A DNA stretch of 64,000 nt from the NCBI GenBank assembly GCA_036172245.1, contig JAYWIR010000017.1, positions 3,658,001-3,722,000 of the forward strand. Direction: 5' to 3'. This DNA is from Raillietiella orientalis. Taxonomy: Eukaryota. The translations under genes and the position numbers were made by a program. Every line of letters begins with the position of its first letter. The stretch's first letter is position 1. Under the pieces are notes generated by a model. The model was not told where the DNA came from. It was given only the letters and a program-made list of their open reading frames with translations, and did not search any database. Below are positions 61,800-64,000 of the stretch, piece by piece.

Positions 61800-63550
61800 T
61801 CCCCCACGAGTGCATCGAACCGCAACGAGTCCGCGTAGTAGCCGTCTGCGATCGATTCAGCTCCCTGTATTTCTTCCGCAGAGATCTTGTGGATCTCTTG
61901 CAGAAGAACCAGGCTGAAGGAGGCGGCCGCGTCCTGTCTTTTGACGTTGTCGCGCAGTCCGTTGACGTTCCAACAGAAGTTGACGTACAGGTAGTCGCCG
62001 GCAGGAGCCGAGAGCACACGTTGCCACTTTGGGCATGTTTGTGCTGCGGCTCCCATCTGTTGTTCTAATGGGACGGTTTTCAATGATGGAAGGGGTAAGG
62101 GGATGGCCTCTCTCTTCTGCTCCTCCTCCTCCACCTCTGTTCTTCCTCGGAGTTCTTTACGAGGAGAAATCCCGGGAACCAACCTGCATCCTCTCAGCTT
62201 CCGGAGCTGATGCATCCTTTCCCTGTGTGAATGCATTCTTCCTCGGTGCCTTGGGTCTTTGGGGGTCGCTTTTTTTTGCTTCCGCGTTTCCGCTGGTGCT
62301 TCCCTTCTCCAGGTTGGAGTCGGAAGCCATGCTGCAGCAGCCTCCGCGGGACTGCTCGCAGCCTTTTTTTTTTTTTTTTTTGGAGCCTTTACTTTCGAAG
62401 GCGTTGGATTTACCACCTGCTCCGAAGAGACTGCAATAGCGCTACAACGACCTTCGTTGCTATCGATCGGTTCGTCGATCACCCTTTCCATGGCTGCTGA
62501 GTGCACAAAATTTTCGATCGCTCCAATCTGAAGCATCGCCTTGCAGTCCTGAGACTGCTTAGCGGTCTCTTTCGCCTTGTGACGACCTTTTTCGTTTGGG
62601 GAAAGTTTTTTGCCCTTTCTTTTTTGGATGTTACCACTTGCCATCCCGCTTCATCGGTCATTTCTTCCCCTCTTTTGGAAGTTTGTTCTGATGAAGTCTG
62701 GTCCTGCATTGGTGGACATCTTTCTTCCCTCCCTTTAGTTTCCTCTCTTTTCTTCGCTCTGCCTCTTCTCTGGTTTTGGCTCTCGGAACGTCGCGGACGA
62801 GTCTTTTTGGGAAACGCAAACTTCATGTGGCTTTTCGATCCACAGCCATGGCAAATAAATTCCGGACAAATCCTCTTCGAGTTTTGCGATGGCTGCAAAA
62901 TCTTGGTTTCCCGAGAAACCAGAGATTAACGTAAAGTCCCCCCCTACCCCACGATTTCCATATGATAGGGAAGCTGCTTCCCTTCGTGCACGGTCTTGCG
63001 CTCTGTAGCCAAGCAGTGTCCCTAAACAGTCCCTCATGTCCAGGGAAGAAGTTTGGCTTGTCCCAGTACGCCTGCGTGGACTGTCGTATATTCTTTGAGC
63101 CTGACAGAAGGCTTCACGCTCGTCTATCCGCAGCAGTAAACCTCTCGGGTAGACCACTACTCAGTGGTCCGCCGCCTTGCCCTCAACAGTTACGGGGGTA
63201 TTCAGCAGTCGCTGAGCGAGAGGTGCCTCTTTGCAGGTCAGCCCAACGGTTTCTCCCCTGCTCATCGCAAAAGAGAATCCTTCGAGGTTTCCGTTGCCTG
63301 CGTAACCCCTCCTCGAAGGAACGCTCAATGGGCGCGAACCCTAATCGGTCTACGTTCGTAGAGCAGGGCAGACCGTGGTCCAGGGACACGCAGGCCTCTG
63401 TTTCTTCCCGAGCAATGGGCGAGACAACTTGGTTCCGCGTCCTTGCATCCCCAGGGTTTCCATCGGCGGAAGCGACATCCTCCGACTCCGTCGGGGCTGA
63501 AGGTCAAGTCCTCCCATCGCCCTCACCCTCCATAGCGGCGATGTTTAGCA
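61800..63550 (-). mobile_element. 5' part of a related L1/Tx1 element: ORF1 (zinc knuckle, basic tail) and start of the endonuclease (copy C)
   Basis: CPEFICHGCGSKSHMKFAFP is a degenerate CCHC knuckle, followed by WQVVTSKK and a Lys-rich linker. Then CWNVNGLRDNVKRQDAAASFSLVLLQEIH matches the copy B N-terminus. It is truncated at ~61840. Confidence 0.85.
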
Positions 63551-64000
63551 TTCCTGCCACTACGTCCGCAACACCACACAAATTTGGAGAGGAGGGAGGG
63601 GGGGAAGAACGCACCACTCGTTGACTTCGCGGAGCGGCGCGAAACAGTCCTTTACAAGGATTCGAACCCGCGTCGCTTGGTACAACGCGGCTGTTAATGT
63701 AGGCATTTTTTTTTTTCTTTCGTGTAGGGTTTGAGGTCCGCCGCAGAGAGGAGGGGAATCTTTTTCTCTCCCGCTCCCTAATCATAGGTGCACCCCTGGT
63801 TCGAGAGCGGATGGGGTGTTCCTCGGCATCCCAGCGCGCGCCGCTCACTGCTTCTGCCTCTTCCTTCTCAGGACCCTCAGCCTGACCCTGAAGGATCGGA
63901 CGGTGTCCCTAGCGCAATTCGTCCTGAACTACGTGCTGGGAGCAGGCGCGCCATGCTGGAGTTGGACGTTCTGACCTTCCTGTTTAGCTTCACCTCGGTC

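Noticed and set aside
63640..63700. tRNA B-box GGTTCGAATCC on the minus strand
   Set aside because: No A box, cloverleaf or SINE tail could be built around it.

Overview
This is animal genomic DNA, probably a compact arthropod-like genome (inference), with no prokaryotic features, CRISPR arrays or rRNA. The window has two compositional halves. The AT-rich half (1-~20.3 kb) holds decayed LINE and pogo/Tigger elements, a C15orf61/DUF4528 homolog (minus strand) and, head-to-head with it, a complete 27-coding-exon UBR3-type E3 ligase gene (8433-20131, 1812 aa by my splice reconstruction, introns as short as 41 nt). The GC/CpG-rich half begins with an uninterrupted 5.1-kb ORF for a ~1690-aa low-complexity, probably disordered protein (minus strand). 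Next come ~20 kb of apparently non-coding DNA carrying several near-perfect hairpins. The window ends in a dense nest of degenerate L1/Tx1-type non-LTR retrotransposons arranged as inverted pairs (~44-45 kb and ~50.7-63.6 kb). I see no clearly new biological system. The best leads are the orphan giant ORF, the inverted LINE nest, the structured uORF-containing UBR3 leader and the isolated hairpins.
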